DNA of 54,722 bases, the filler included, from Piptocephalis cylindrospora (Eukaryota): assembly GCA_003614145.1 (NCBI GenBank). It is 3 parts of 3 records of this genome, joined end to end, with 100 filler letters (N's around TTAATTAATTAA, not from the genome) between each part and the next. Parts side by side here need not be neighbours in the genome. Positions count along the whole stretch, not along the records: positions 1 to 18,204 come from KZ987841.1; 2 more parts are not named here. The stretch is one strand, 5' to 3'. Positions 1-13,403 of the stretch are shown here, piece by piece. Every line of letters starts with the position of its first letter. Positions within the stretch are counted from its first letter, which is position 1. A program made the translations under genes and the position numbers. The notes under the pieces were generated by a model. It worked only from the letters and a program-made list of their open reading frames with translations. It had not been told where the DNA came from and ran no database searches.

Positions 1-3000
1 CTCTTGCCCATCTCCTCTCCCAGCCCCTTCTTCCTCAACTTTTCCTGAGCCTTATGGGCGGCGCCACCTTTCTTGTCATTCCCGTCCTCCACTGTCTCTT
101 CCACTCCCCCATCGCCTCCCCCTCCCCCGCCCCCGCTGCCTCCAATACCCTCGCCTTCCTCCTCGGCTATCCCTCCGAAGGCACCTCCGTCGACCCCACC
201 TCCCTTTTCTTCCATTGCCTCTCCCCAATGAGCCCTCGTACCCGTACCCTCCTCCTCGCCTTCCTCTTTGGCTACTTCACCCGGAGGTCCTACGAGCTCG
301 AGGTCTTCACCCTGAACTCAGCCTGGTCCCAGGCCCAGATCGAATCCTCCAGGGCCGTACGCTTCGTCTCCCAACTCTCCCATGAGCTGCGTACCCCTCT
401 CTCCGCCATCCTCGGTTGGACTGAAATCCTCCTTCATCCCATGAATACCCCATCCTCCTCCAGTCCCCCCACAGCCTCCTCTCAAAGGGTCTCCACCACC
501 CCGAAAGGTGACGAATCTGACGGCGTTCGATCGGGTCTACGCGTCATCCATCGTTCCGCTCAACAACTTCTCTGTCTCCTCAATGACCTCTTGGACGCGA
601 CAAAATTGGGCGCCGATAAGATGAATGTCGACGTTGGTTCCTTTGACCTCGAACGTCTGGTCCTCGAGGTCTGTGATACCATGTCCGGTCTCCTTCCCCT
701 CACCCTTTCCCAAAGGAACCAACGAGAGGGTGATACTTCCTCCTCTTCTTCCTCTTCCTCCTCCTCCCCCTCTTCCTTCAAATCCGCTCCTATCACCTCT
801 TTTCCTCTCGAGCTGCTTGTCGATTACCCAAAATCGGTTCCGGCCATGTGGTATGGTGACTCTGGTAAAATTCGTCAGATCATTTGTAATTTAATGTCCA
901 ATGCCATCAAGGTACTGTTGTTGTTGTTTTTATCCCTCTTCCATCAATCTCGGGCAACTTTGAGGGAGAGAAGCGTCTTTCTCTCTTTTTTTTTTCTCTC
1001 TCTCTCCCTCTTTCTCTCTCCCTCTTTCTCTCTCTCTCTCACTCACCCATTCATTCACACCCTCTCCCGCAGTATACCAAGGTGGGATCTGTCACGATCA
1101 AGGTCCGTGTCCATCCTCATCCTTCTCTAAAGGATCATCCCGACATGGACCCCTATCCTCCTTTATCCGATCCCGAGGAGGGGAAGCATGAGGATAATGT
1201 CTCCTTTTCTAGCCCTTCCCTACACTGGGTGCTGGTTGAAGTCCAGGATACTGGCGCGGGCATCCCGGCAAAGAGACAAAAGGAACTTTTCAAGGAGTTT
1301 ACCCAACTTATCCCCACCTCCTCCTCCGCCACCTCCGTCCTCCCCTCCCCCTCCACCTCATCCGATGGGGATAGTCATTCATCCGGCTCAACCGAGATGA
1401 CCAAGGAGGTTGAAACCCTCCTGGAGGATCCCCTGGATGATGAAGAGAAAAGTGGAAATGGTGAGGAGAAGGAAGAAGAAGAGGAGGAAAAGAGTGAGGA
1501 AGAAGAGGTGGTCACTCAACAGCCCGGAACGGGTTTGGGTCTCTACTTGGTCAAGCAACTCAGTGAGCTCATGGGCGGTAGGGTGTGTATGACCTCCAAG
1601 GTAGGGGAGGGTTCTACCTTTTCCTTTGAACTTCCCCTTCAACGTGTTCCCTCCCCCAACGCCGACGTATCATCCTCCACCATCATCCCTTCCCCCACCA
1701 CGACAGCGGGCCCCAATGCACCACAGGCCTCTTCACCCAATTCAAGGTGTGGGAGGGAGAAGCAAGAGGGGATCAAGTACTCCCACCACTCGAGGAAACC
1801 CTCGGGCCCCAAGGACCATTATCCCTGGGAGGCATTTCCCTCCACCGATCCAAACCCAAGATCAAGGGAGAGGGCTGCCACCAGACCCAATGCCTCCCCT
1901 ACCTCCTCGTCCCTCATGGGTCTGGAAACCCCTTCGTGGTCCCGTGGCCTCGTTGCCTCTACACCTTGGGGCTCTGGCCCTGACCTCATTGGCCTTGCCA
2001 CCGGTATGCTCCATGGGTCTGGTCATACAAATCATTGGGAGGATGGTGGAGAGGAGGAGGAGGAAGGGGAAAAGGGGAAGGAGGGTAACCTTCTTCTCTC
2101 CAGCAAGGAGGAAATTTACCCCAAACATGGAGGATTGGTTGACGCCCTCTCCTCCTCCTCCAAACCGGATGAGGTTTCCCAAAGGGAAAAGGGTCAAGGG
2201 TATGAGTGGAGTACGGTGAACGAGTCCTCCCTCCTCTCCCACCGATCCTACTGGGTCATTATTCCCCACCGTGGTATGTCTGATCAGCTCACCAATATCC
2301 TTCATGGCTGGGTCGAGGGTGATGCTAATGGCAATGAGAAGGAGGAGGAGGAGGAGGAGGATGTTAGAATGGGGGCAAATTCCATCAAGAAAGGGATGGA
2401 TTCCATCGAGGAGGAGGGTCGGGCCAAGGATGGGAGGAGTTCAAAGGGGGAAAGTTCATCAAGCCCCACGAAAATAGGAAAAGATCGAATCAAAACCGCC
2501 TCTTTTGTCACCGATCCCTCCCGTGGTGGCCTTTGTATTCGAAGGTCCAGTTCCTTGAATGATCCCATCCCATCTCCTAATAATGATCCGAGGTATGCTC
2601 CGAAAAAGTCCGTTTTCATCATTGATCTTCACGGTCGGATGTCCTCGCTCTCCTCGGGTGCAGAGGAGGAGGAGGAGGGGGATATGGCCGGAAAAGATGG
2701 AATTGGGGTAAGATGTCTTGCTGTGTCATCCCTCCTTAAGGAACGGTCCAAGTACCATGGGGGAGATACTCAGGATGTCGTCCTACTTCTCGAAAGTGGT
2801 GGTTTCCTCGGTGGCTCCCTAGGTGGTGTGAAATCCCAGCTTGTCTCCTCGATCATCCCTCTTTCTCCAGATTCACACTCTAAGATTTCCCCCCCCCTGA
2901 GATCTACTTTTCTCTTTCATGATCATCATGATCACCATTCCTCCTCTTCTCCCTCTGGCGCCACTACCACCTCTCCTGCCTCGAGGGCTACTCCCCTTCA

Positions 3001-4472
3001 TCCTCGACCTTCCCTCTCCTCCACCCACTCCTCCTACTCCGCTCATTCCACCCACTCACCCTCCCCCTCCCCACCCATTCATTTTTCCAGAGGAACTTGT
3101 GGTATGATCATCAAGATTGCCGCCTTGGAATCAGGGGTCGCGGTGGTGTGGGTCAAGAGACCCGTGTCGGAAAGGGCCTTGTGGTCCGCCGTCATTGGTG
3201 GAATCAGACAGGCCAGTAGGAGGTGCGGTTTTGTCGAAGTTGGGAGCCCCACCCCAGAGATGGCCAAGTCTACCCCTCCTCTTCATCCCTCCTCCCATTC
3301 AGATTGTCCAGATGGTGGGGAAAGGCATCGTCATCAGAACTCCTCTTCTTCCTCCCCGTGGATGGGGAGGTTCCGAAGGGCTGTTGTCGAGTCTGGTGTC
3401 TCCAATGGTCTGGATCTTGGAGAAAAGCTTCGGCTGCCAGATAAGGCTCAGGAAAAGTTGAGGAAGAAGGGGCTGGGAGAGGAGATGGGCAAGAGACCTA
3501 TTCAGAAAATACGAAGAGAGGTATCGGACGGGACAAAGAGGGAGGCACCTTCCTCCATAGGACTGGGTGGGGAACAAACTGATTATCTATCTGAGGTGAT
3601 CGAAAGGGGCTCCTCCGCGGAATCGCGTAGAGGGAAAGGAGACATGTCCCAGGGAAACGCCCCTACCTCCCTCCAAAGGCGGGTATCCGAAGGCTGTGGA
3701 GGTGAGTATAGGAGGAGAAGGAGGGATGAAGCCATGAAAATGTTAGAGGTCAGCACCCCTGGTCTTGGTCACCTTCACTCTGGAGGTATTCTACCCATCT
3801 CCTCCACCGTCACCTCCCCTTCCCCCCCTCCGCCACCCACCTTCCTCTTAGTCGATGATGATCCTATTACCCAAAAGCTCCTCCATCGTCAACTGACCCT
3901 CATGTGCCGGCCCTCCCCCAGGATTGTCATGGCCTCCACGGCCCAGGGTGCTCTTTCTTCTCTGGAAACCTTCAAGGCAGATCAGCAGCGAGGGCCCTCC
4001 GATTCTATGGGTCGGCTGGTCGTCTTGATGGATCAGCACTTGAAGGCACTGGGTACCTGTCGTATTAAAGGAAGGAGAAATAAGGAGGGTAATCTTTCTC
4101 TGGGCACGGAAGTGGCCAAGGAAATGAGATCCAGGATAGCAGGGACTGTTTCCGTGACAAATGATCACCAAGAGGAAAGGAGGGGAGGAGAGTCTATGGT
4201 TACCCCTTTGAGGAAAGACGGTAACCCCAGTTCTCGTGCTCAATCTCCCCCCCCCCCCCTCCTCCATTTCGTCTTACTCCTCCACCGGCTCCTCCTCCTC
4301 CGCCTCTCCATCCTCCTCCCTCCATCTCTCGATCCTCCTTCTCAGCGGAGATAGTGATCTGGATAAACTTCCTCAAGTTCAGGACGGGACCGTTGATGCG
4401 ACACTCAGGAAGCCATGGGGGATGGCCGAGTTGAAAAACACTCTCCTTTCCCTTAATGTAGATCTGGGTTGA
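1..4472 (+). CDS. Hybrid sensor histidine kinase (HisKA, HATPase_c, degenerate receiver, receiver); probably 5'-partial
   Basis: H-box FVSQLSHELRTPLSAILG. N-box KIRQIICNLMSNAIK|YT is joined across a GT-AG intron at 912-1072. G1 VQDTGAGI and G2 GTGLGLYLVKQLSELMGG...GEGSTFSF. Receiver FLLVDDDPITQ...VLMDQ; its end (ILLLSG...LRKPW...ELKNTL, stop 4470-4472) is in the +1 frame after a C13 run at 4247-4259. The frame is open to the window start. Confidence 0.9.
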
Positions 4473-4798
4473 TGTGGAGAGCGATACCCCTTACGGGCCT
4501 CTTTCTACCTTAATCGCTCCCTCCATTATCTTTCTCCATCATGTGTTGCGTGTGTATGTCATACTTTTCCCTCATTTGCTCCCTCACTGTCTATGTCTAC
4601 GTGTTTGTCTCCACTTTATACGCTGTGAGCTGTCCTCGTTTCATTCAAGTCAATACATTACTTACTCTTTCGCCACTTAACAACACAGTAACACAGTGCT
4701 TCTCCCCACCAAACACATAAGGAATCAAATCGTGTAAAATCAATGGATCTCCAATCACTACATGGCAACCAAGAACCACTCTCAATACCCTTCATATC

Positions 4799-5925
4799 TC
4801 ACATGCGTTCCATCCGAATATAAGCAAACCTGACCCAGCCGGGCGTTGGATCGGCGGCTACCCGTGCTGCAACCTTTTGCTCCAGGACTCCTTCGACTGC
4901 AGACCATCGCTCTGCCCCAAGTCGAAGCCGACCCCAGCGTTGCACTAAACCCCGAACGACGGCAGCACACGCTTGGCCATAGACCTGGCTGGAGATGCGA
5001 CCATCATCGAAGATGGGCCAAGCGGTCATGCAGGCACGGTGCTCGGCGTATTCGGCAACATAAAAATCACCCTTGGCGGCGGCCAAGGAATGGTTGATCT
5101 CATCATCGCTTCGTAGATAAACAGGGAGGACAAGGGAGGAGACCTCAGTGGAAGATAAGAGGTCCTCACGGTGCATATCTTCCAGGGTGCGCATATACCG
5201 ATCCATCAATCGAGCTCCGGTGAGGTCGGACAACGGATCCCTCAAAACGAGGGCAAAGACCAGTTGGCCCCCCCGTCGTAGCTCTTTAGCACGGGCCTGG
5301 AAAAAGTGGGTCATGTCTTCCTTGGCCCGACGAGACGCTTCTCCGGATCGGAGCATACCCCAGACCAGATCTTCGGTAGTCTGGGACTCTGAGGAAGGGA
5401 GGGGAGGAGGGACCTTGGAGAGGAATTGAAGATGCATCACCGATACGGCCATGTCAGCGCTACCCTGCCGATCCCCGCAGTAGGGGTGAAAAAGTCCGCC
5501 ATCCTGACAGATAATGTCCGGTAGTAACAGGTCCCCCAAGGAAGTGAGGATCGTTGGGGAGATGGGGAGGGAGGAGGGACGACGATGAAGCTGAATCCGG
5601 GAGCTAGGTCGGGTTTCGTGCATGGCCTGTAAGATCGTGTCCAGGGGCTCGGTGACTCCAGCTCCCCGGGTGACATCGAGAATATGGTAAGGAGAGTTTG
5701 GATCCGTTTGACGAGGAAGATCTTGAACTACAAAAAGAGAGGAGGAGTCAGGCGGATGGACGGATGAGAGATATAAGATAAACGTCTCTTTCAAGACGTA
5801 CGGGCTTCTTTTAGTAGACGAATAACCGGGAGAAATCCCAAATTGTCGAGATGACCAGCAATGACCTGCTCTTGCATGGGTTCGGTGAAGTGAATAATGG
5901 GATGTGGGGTAGCACGGGGGGTCAT
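4799..5925 (-). CDS. SABATH-like (Methyltransf_7) SAM-dependent carboxyl methyltransferase, divergent, about 350 aa
   Basis: Exons 5925-5802 and 5727-4799, intron GTACGT...TTGTAG. C-terminal family motifs: SADMAVSVMHLQFLSKVP (cf. S-[LV]-H/D...LHWLSxVP), AKEDMTHFFQARAKELRRGGQLVF (cf. D...FL..RA.EL.PGG), LVLPVYLRSDDE (cf. F..P.Y.RS.EE). Confidence 0.7.
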
Positions 5926-8810
5926 GGGAGGAGGGCAGCTGCTTAGAATGACATAGAATCCGAGAGATCCGGTAGTACAGCTGGTTACAAGATGGAGCGG
6001 AGCAAGAGGATGAGACTGCGGGAGAAGGGAGGAAGAAGTGGCTTACTCTGGATGACGACAAAGGTGTATGGATGGCTATGATTTATAGAGGTGGAACCTG
6101 GGGTCAAGAGAGATAAGGGAGGGGAGCCTGGGAGTTGTGAGTGAGCAGAGCCCATCCACACGACACAGACACGGCACAATACGATCCGCACCGCCGATAT
6201 ACGTGTGGGGCTGGGCAGCTTGGGGCCGATGCACGCATTTTTCCCATCACCGAGGATGGGAGAGAGCAGAGCAGAGCACAGAGCGGGAAGATACGTTGGG
6301 GTGGAGGGGGAAAGGGGGACCTGTGGAAACATTAATAATACATAGGGACGTCCGGATATGAAATATATCATAGAAAACGAATGATTAGGATATTTTCAAT
6401 ATAGACCATCTTCTACATCCTGGATACATGTTTAAAGATTACCATACTTTTGAAGATTGTAGAAAAGTAATACTTCCCGTAGCCCAGTCGTCTAATCTTT
6501 TTTCTTTAGGTTCGACTCTGAGTGCGTTATCCCTCCCTTGCACTAGGTCAAGTTCAAGAACCCCAATGGTACCGTCTCCACTGCTGGCCACCATCTTCTT
6601 TGTGGATCCCGTGGTCATTTACCCCGGAAGGGGGTACACTAATGGTTTTCTGTAGTGTCCATTTCAAAAATTACAGTACAGGGCATACGTCGGGAACATT
6701 GTTTCTGGTGTCACGCAGCCCGGCCGAATGAGGCGGGCTATGTGTTCGGATGCCTTTAGCGCCTACCCCATTAGGGAAAATAAAATGGTTTCAACAACAA
6801 CACTGTAGAAAAGTGCGATGAAACTTCATCGCCTACAATGCATTATAGGAACCAAGCCGCAAGCGCATCACCATCTATCCAAATTCAGAAAACCATACGT
6901 AGAACACTGGGTCACGAGAGGACGATGAGATACTGTGATCACTGATAGGATGATAGGATAATAGGATGCAGCCATACTACTTTCCCATACGGTCTATGTC
7001 ATACTCCCCTACGTTATAAACAGGTAAATCGCGCAAACAATGATGATCGTACATAGGCAAGGGCGGGAGGACGCGAACATGGAGAATGATGTGAAAAAGA
7101 ACATTCTAGTCTTGCCTCTTACTCACGAAACGGTATTGTCTGGAGTCCACTTTTGGATAAATTTATTCTTGTTTTAATCTGCAGTGATATTACCAGTATC
7201 TTGACTAGCCCGGAGCCCTTGTTCTACTATTGAATTGAGTGATGGTTTAATCATGACATAATGATTTGGATGGATATGATAAAATCCTTACTCTTTATTT
7301 AGGTAGATAAATGGTGCAATTCAAATTCGACACACCTTACGCCTAAATGAAAAAGCGGTATTTCAAGAATGCATTATATGCGTGTATTTATCAAGTTGAC
7401 TTGAATACCAGAGAACATAACAGCTAACAAATCAGGATACACTCTTATTTTTAAAGATGACCAAGCTCGCTATCCAATAAAAACAGGCTGTAGGAAAAGG
7501 ACATGTTTGGAAGGAAAGGTAATGAAATGGAATATCAGCTGATTTGGGTGGGAAAGTTTCCCAAAAGTCCATCAGCCCATCCTACCAAAGGCAAATAGGC
7601 TGATATGCCACTGCCCATGTGGTTCATGGACAAGGAAAACGACCATGATTATTGAACCATGACGGGGTTTTGCGATAAAATATAATCCAAGAATGATGAT
7701 GATGGTGATAAAATCATTTTATTTTCCCTAGTGGGGTAAGCAGATGGACATTTGAACACCGTATCTGCTAGGAATAATGATAAACAGTAACATTAATGAT
7801 ACATTTTCCTAACGAGTCGATGTACGTTGCTCTCCATTAAGTATAATCAATAGTACAGAGGAACTCCTAAAAAGAGAATAGACATTTTACCTTCAAGTAG
7901 AGACGGAAAATCAGCCATTCTTTGTAGTGAGAGCTTCATGCTTGAATAATCGTTGATCTATTCGCAGATGATAGTATTTCGTCTTATCTCTCCATCTCAA
8001 CAGAAGTGAACGAATGATGAAGAGGAATAGTGGGCCCTGACCTCTGGACTAAATGCTAGAGATCCCCCTATCTCTTGGGTCTACTTCTCTAGACATGTGT
8101 CACTCAAATCAAATAGCCCTTAAGATGGGAGCCCTACTCTACGCAAAGTATGCGAGGCACTTTTGAAACCTGGTAAACAATTGCGGATAATACATATTAA
8201 CAGCAAATGCATCCTGTTATCCATCAGAAATCAGATATCGGGAAATGCAATACCCGAATGGGTCCTTCGCTCCCCCAAATACCTTTTATGTGCTGCGTCA
8301 AGCTGAATTCAGTGGTAAAGCTGTTTGCTTTGAAAACCCATTTATTTTCTGGTCCCCATACCAACTATGTTGCTCTGTAGGGTTTACCCAGAAAAATTAC
8401 GCCTGCCGCATAGACAGATAGACCCGAACGCTACCCTGCGCACAGTCAGGTATGTAGGTACGTGGTACCGTTCCCCTCCAGTGGTGAAACTATTAATTTG
8501 TGCCCTCATATACCCACGGCCAAAGTGAGTCAAGGGTATCAGAAATTTTAATACAATGTTACTCCCGATAGGGAAAATGCCTGAATTTTCCAGCCCAAGC
8601 CACCATTTGTGCGGTCGCATTTTCAGCAACAGTAAGCCGCATGGCCTTAGTGGGCTCATCCTTTAGCTCATGCCTCAGCAAGAAGGTACAGTAGGAGGAC
8701 GGTTGTCGTTGGCTACAAAAAGGGACCGACTTTAGTCTACCTTCTTCCTCTCAACTCTTATCCTCCTATCCACACCTTATTCCGTCTCCTCCCTTCCTCG
8801 CTACTACTTA

Positions 8811-10253
8811 ATGCTGCGTCGAATTACTCCAAGCTTCATTCGACAGGGTCGCGTTCCCATCCGGAGCCTTCCCATTACCCGTGCCCTGTCTGCCCCGGCA
8901 TATTCCTCCAGCTCCCTCCTGGCCCGTGCACACCCTCCCGCGCGTATTCAGGCGAGTATAGTCCGATCCAACCCCTCTCAGTATTCAACCATCTCAGAGG
9001 AACGGCCTACAAAATCTGCCTCATCCTCCAGGTACGCTAAGTGGGGGAAAGACACGCCCCATATGTACACCAACCAAACATGACTAAAAAAATCCATCCT
9101 TTCCCAATATTTCACAGAGTCACCACGACCCATGTCATTGTCCCAGAGCAGTTGGATCGTCGTGGATATGTCCACGGAGGTGACGTCCTGGGGTGGATGG
9201 ATCTTTCTGCAGCCTGTGCCTCTGGTCAATTTAGCGGAGTTGCCTGTGTTACTGCTTCAGTGGATGCTGTCCATCTTATGTAAGCAGCCCCCCATCCTGC
9301 ACGGATGACAATTCACCCAACTCACTCATCCGCCCTTCACCATCACTAGTCAACCACTTCGACTGGGAGATCTCGCCATTTTAACCTCCCAGGTCACTCG
9401 GAGTTGGAGGAGCTCCATGGAGGTGAGCATTCGCGTGGAGGCCGAACACATGCTTACCGGACGGCGCACTCTGTGTAGCCATGCATTTATCACCATGGTT
9501 GCCATGAAGGAAGGTAGGCCAACCACCGTTCCGGAGCTCATCCCCGAAGGCCCCGAGGAAGTTATGATGCATGCTGAGGCCGATCTTCGTAGGTCCGAGC
9601 GCTTCCGTGAAAGAGAGCACCGGTCCAAGTCCAAGGATTCCCCCAAGGTCATTCGTGATCTTCGATCCTACTCCGACTCCCTTTCCGCTACCCACACTCC
9701 CACCACCAGCACTTCCTCTCTTCAGCTGTCCAGGTCCCCATCCACTAGGACCTGCGGATTCCTCCCCGCCGAGCTTACCCCAGCTGACTCTTTTACTGAG
9801 TCGGCCGAGACCGTCTTGCCGGCTCACACCAACATGTTTGGTGCTACATTTGGCGGCCAGATGATGAAGTGGATGACACAATGCGCCCTCATCTCGGCCA
9901 TTCGTCACTGTCGAAAGGATCTACTTCTTGTCTCCACCGACCGTCTCAACTTTCATAGCTCTACCCAAGTCGGTGATATGATTACATTACGTAGTGTGGT
10001 CAGCCGGTCATGGGGCTCCAGTGTCGAGGTGTACGTCACGTCCGAGAGCGAAGGTATCGGCAAGGGTGGATCCAACACTTGGAGCAATGACGCTTTTGTC
10101 ACTTTTGTTGCCGTCGACGATCTGGATAGACCATTATCCGTCCCCTCTCTTATCCCTGCATCCGCTGAGGAGGAGAGGATGTGGGAGGGTGGCGAAGCCC
10201 GTCGGGCCCTCCGTCTCTCCCAGAGGGCTCATGTCTCTGCTGATCGAGGATGA
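8811..10253 (+). CDS. Acyl-CoA thioesterase with two hotdog domains; likely mitochondrial presequence
   Basis: Exons 8811-9031, 9118-9279 and 9350-10253 splice in frame. Motifs GYVHGGDVLGWMD...CVTASVD...SSMEV and VLPAHTNMFGATFGGQMMKWM...SSVEV. The N-terminus is Arg/Ser-rich and lacks acidic residues. Confidence 0.9.
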
Positions 10254-10427
10254 TGCTATAGAAGGGAATACATATCTTAGTTTTTAGAATGACTGCGAGC
10301 ATAAAGATAATAGAAAAAGAAAAGGTTCATCGTGCTGGTTGATAACCACACATCATCCCCATTATGGGCCATTCCACCCCGTCCCATCCCATCCCATCCC
10401 ATCCCATCCCCCAACTTCTTTCATTGA

Positions 10428-12891
10428 CTAATTCCACTCTTGCAGGGCCTTACGGACTCTATCCATCAATCGAACATAGGAGGGATGAAGGACAGTGGGA
10501 GAGGGACCATCCCCTTCCCCCACAGAGGATGATGTCTTGGGGGACCAATGGGCCATAGACCGGGTTATCTTATCCAATCGAGTTTCTTCTCGATCCTTTC
10601 TCCATCTCTGCTGTGGATCTACCCTATCTAGATCGTACCCATATTCCTGCACTAAGGCCACCATTTGGCTCATCTCTTCTTCAGTTAGACCTTTCCCTTT
10701 GTAAGCCACTTTACTTTCTTCCTTTTCACCATCACCTTCCATGGCCTCTTTACCCTCCTCCTTCTGAGCTAGCTCAAGTTCAGGTAGTACCTCATACCGA
10801 AGGCGTTTGGCCGTAGAGGACCCGGTATCCCCGGAACCCTGGACATGAAACCAGTTATGGACAGAGACGCTTCCAGGCAGGCGCTGATCCCAGGTGCCGG
10901 CAATGGCCCCGACAAAGCGCTCCTCCTTGGTGGACTCCTCCCGGAAGAATCTTTGATAGTTCTTTTGATTTTCCAAGTCCACCAAGCTGGGGTCGGGGGC
11001 GAAGAGGGGGTGGGAGTGATACCAACCAATGACCTCCAGCCCATGCTGAGAAATGGCACTTCGAACTCGAATGGCCGATTCCGGATCCATCTCCACGCTC
11101 ACATGCCCTTCATCCACCGCCATGGAGGAACAAGGATAGGCAGCCATGATGTGCAGAGCTGGGGAAAGGAAGAGATAAGTCCGGATGAAAAGAGACAGAA
11201 AGACGTGGAATCGACGAACCACCTTTACTTACTTTTAGTTTCATCATTCCACAAACCCCCGAGAAAACCAATGACCTCGGTGTGGCGGAGATGGGAATGA
11301 AGATCCATGGCTACAAGACACTTGGGTGTAACACGGATGGCAAAGGGTTGGGAGCCTGGGAGGCCAGATCCAGGAGCCCCATCCGTGTATTCCTCACACT
11401 TGACCATGGAGAGTGGGTCTCTGTTGGGGAGGGAGAGGGAGGAGAGGAGGGAGGGGGGGGGATAAGGTATGTGTCATTTCGACAGAGTCCTCTCATGAAC
11501 ATACTCATTCTGCATGGGATGATGACGATGTGGAGCAGACCTGGCGGCAGCGGATCTTTGAGGGCGAGACCGAGAGTATTCGGTCTTTCCATCGACTAGA
11601 TCGGTCGCGCCCTCCTCTTGGGCCTCTTCTTGTTGATCGTGGGTATGGACTTTAGGTTCCTTTTTCCTCGAATGTGCATCATCTGAGATTATCTCATTCT
11701 CCTTTGGCGCATAATTCCTTGGCTTCTTTGTCGAAGTGGGATGAATGACTTGCTTCCTTGCCCTTCTTGGTCTACAAGATAAAGAAGATGAGCGTGCTGT
11801 GAGGACCACTCAATTTGGCGTATCTAGCCCTCTTCAAAATTCCCATGGCTCCAGGGGTGCTTACCTAGGAATCATTTCCATGATCTCACTCTCCATGATC
11901 TGATGCGATGGAATGGCAGTGACAGGGGCAGGGGCAATGGCGGTGGCGACAGATGAGGAGGAGGAGGATGGGATGGAAACCAAAGAAGGATCGGTATTTT
12001 CCTGCCCTTCTTCAACTTCCCTATCCACGCCCACATCGTCTTCTGGAGGCCTTGGATGGAATTGGGGTCGAAGATTGGCCTTGTAGGAGAGTTCAGGAAT
12101 GGTCTTTCCTTGGAGATAGGGCCGAGCAGCAGAAGATTCCTTTTCCAAAGGGGCGCCCGACAGGGTATATCCTTCCCCACTTTGACGGATCTACATCCCC
12201 ACCCGACGCATGGGGATCAGTTTAATAACCATGTCCGGTTCACGGGCTATGTAGCACGCACCTTCAGGGGCAGGGTCAGTCCATCTCTGTAGGCTTTGAT
12301 AAAGTACTTTTGAGCATGGCTACTGATGGAATGAGTATTCCTTGTTCCGAGATGTTCGCTAATCTAGAGAATGGAGGATGGGGGTTTAGCTGGTAGAGTG
12401 TCTTCCCCCGTCCTTCTTCACAAGACATATACCTGCTTCCAATGTCGACCGTAGAGGGAGATAGCCTCTAGAAACTTTTCTTCCTCCTCATCGGTATAGA
12501 TGCCCGTGTTCATGATGCCCTGATGAGTCTGGTTCGGCTGTACCTCATCCTGTTCCGCTGTGGAAGGTGGAGTGGATTGGGTGGAGGGTCGGCCACGACG
12601 AGCACCCCTTCCCCGCTTGACCGACGCTCCTCCACGACGAGCGGGGGCCTTGGACCGTTTGTTTGGGGTGTAATCATCCTCCTCGCTTTCATCCCCTCTC
12701 CATTCCCCCCCATCCTCATCACTATCGGGTCTGGATCGACCCTTTCTACCAGTACCCTTACGGACTGAATGATCGTATTCTGCATAGTAACCGCCACTCC
12801 CTCCATCAACCTCCTCATCCTCTTGGAGTAATTGGGCAATGAGAGCAGCCGACATGGCCTCTTCCTCGGCCTTGGACATGGGAGTAGTCAT
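10428..12891 (-). CDS. Myb/SANT + MPN/JAMM metallo-deubiquitinase (MYSM1-like)
   Basis: Six exons with GT-AG introns. SANT/Myb: TGIYTDEEEEKFLEAISLYGRHWKQ|ISEHLGTRNTHSISSHAQKYF. MPN: AMDLHSHLRHTEVIGFLGG...VIGWYHSHPLFAPDPSLVDLENQ, with an intact JAMM E...HxH...SxxD motif. Confidence 0.85.
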
Positions 12892-13403
12892 GCTTAGGAT
12901 ATGGGACGAAGTTCCCGATTGGGGCTGAGACGTGGGAGAGGGGAGGGAGGAAACGATCCGAATGAATAGATAGTAGCGAATGGTTCGCCAGGGAGAAGAA
13001 TGAAAATGGCGAGGTGAGTAGGAGAAAGGAGAAGAAGAAGGGGGAGGAGAAGGGGTCCTTGACGCGTGATGGCATCTCTGGGTGCGCGCGCGCCCCTCCC
13101 CTATTTATGCCAGCCCTATCTCCGAGCGTGTGTGGACCGACGCGTCCTGTCGAGGGTAAGCGGAGCTTGAATACGACTAGGGCAGCTTACCCACATCCAC
13201 AGGCCGATTCATTTGACCTGTCTGTTGGGCAAGAGAGAAGAACAGCTGTCCGATGGCGCCCTCTCCTTTTAACCATCCAAGCGCCGGTTATACATACCCC
13301 TGTTAACTATGGATTTCTTGGAGAATAAAAAAGTTTCATTGAACCATCATGTCCATGAAGTCAGCATGATACAAACAGACCACCTTGCCCCTCCCTTGCC
13401 CGC

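Noticed and set aside
6400..8700. About 2.3 kb AT-richer stretch with short ORFs (e.g. 8384-8659)
   Set aside because: No recognisable motifs, terminal repeats or consistent exon chain; treated as intergenic or decayed DNA.
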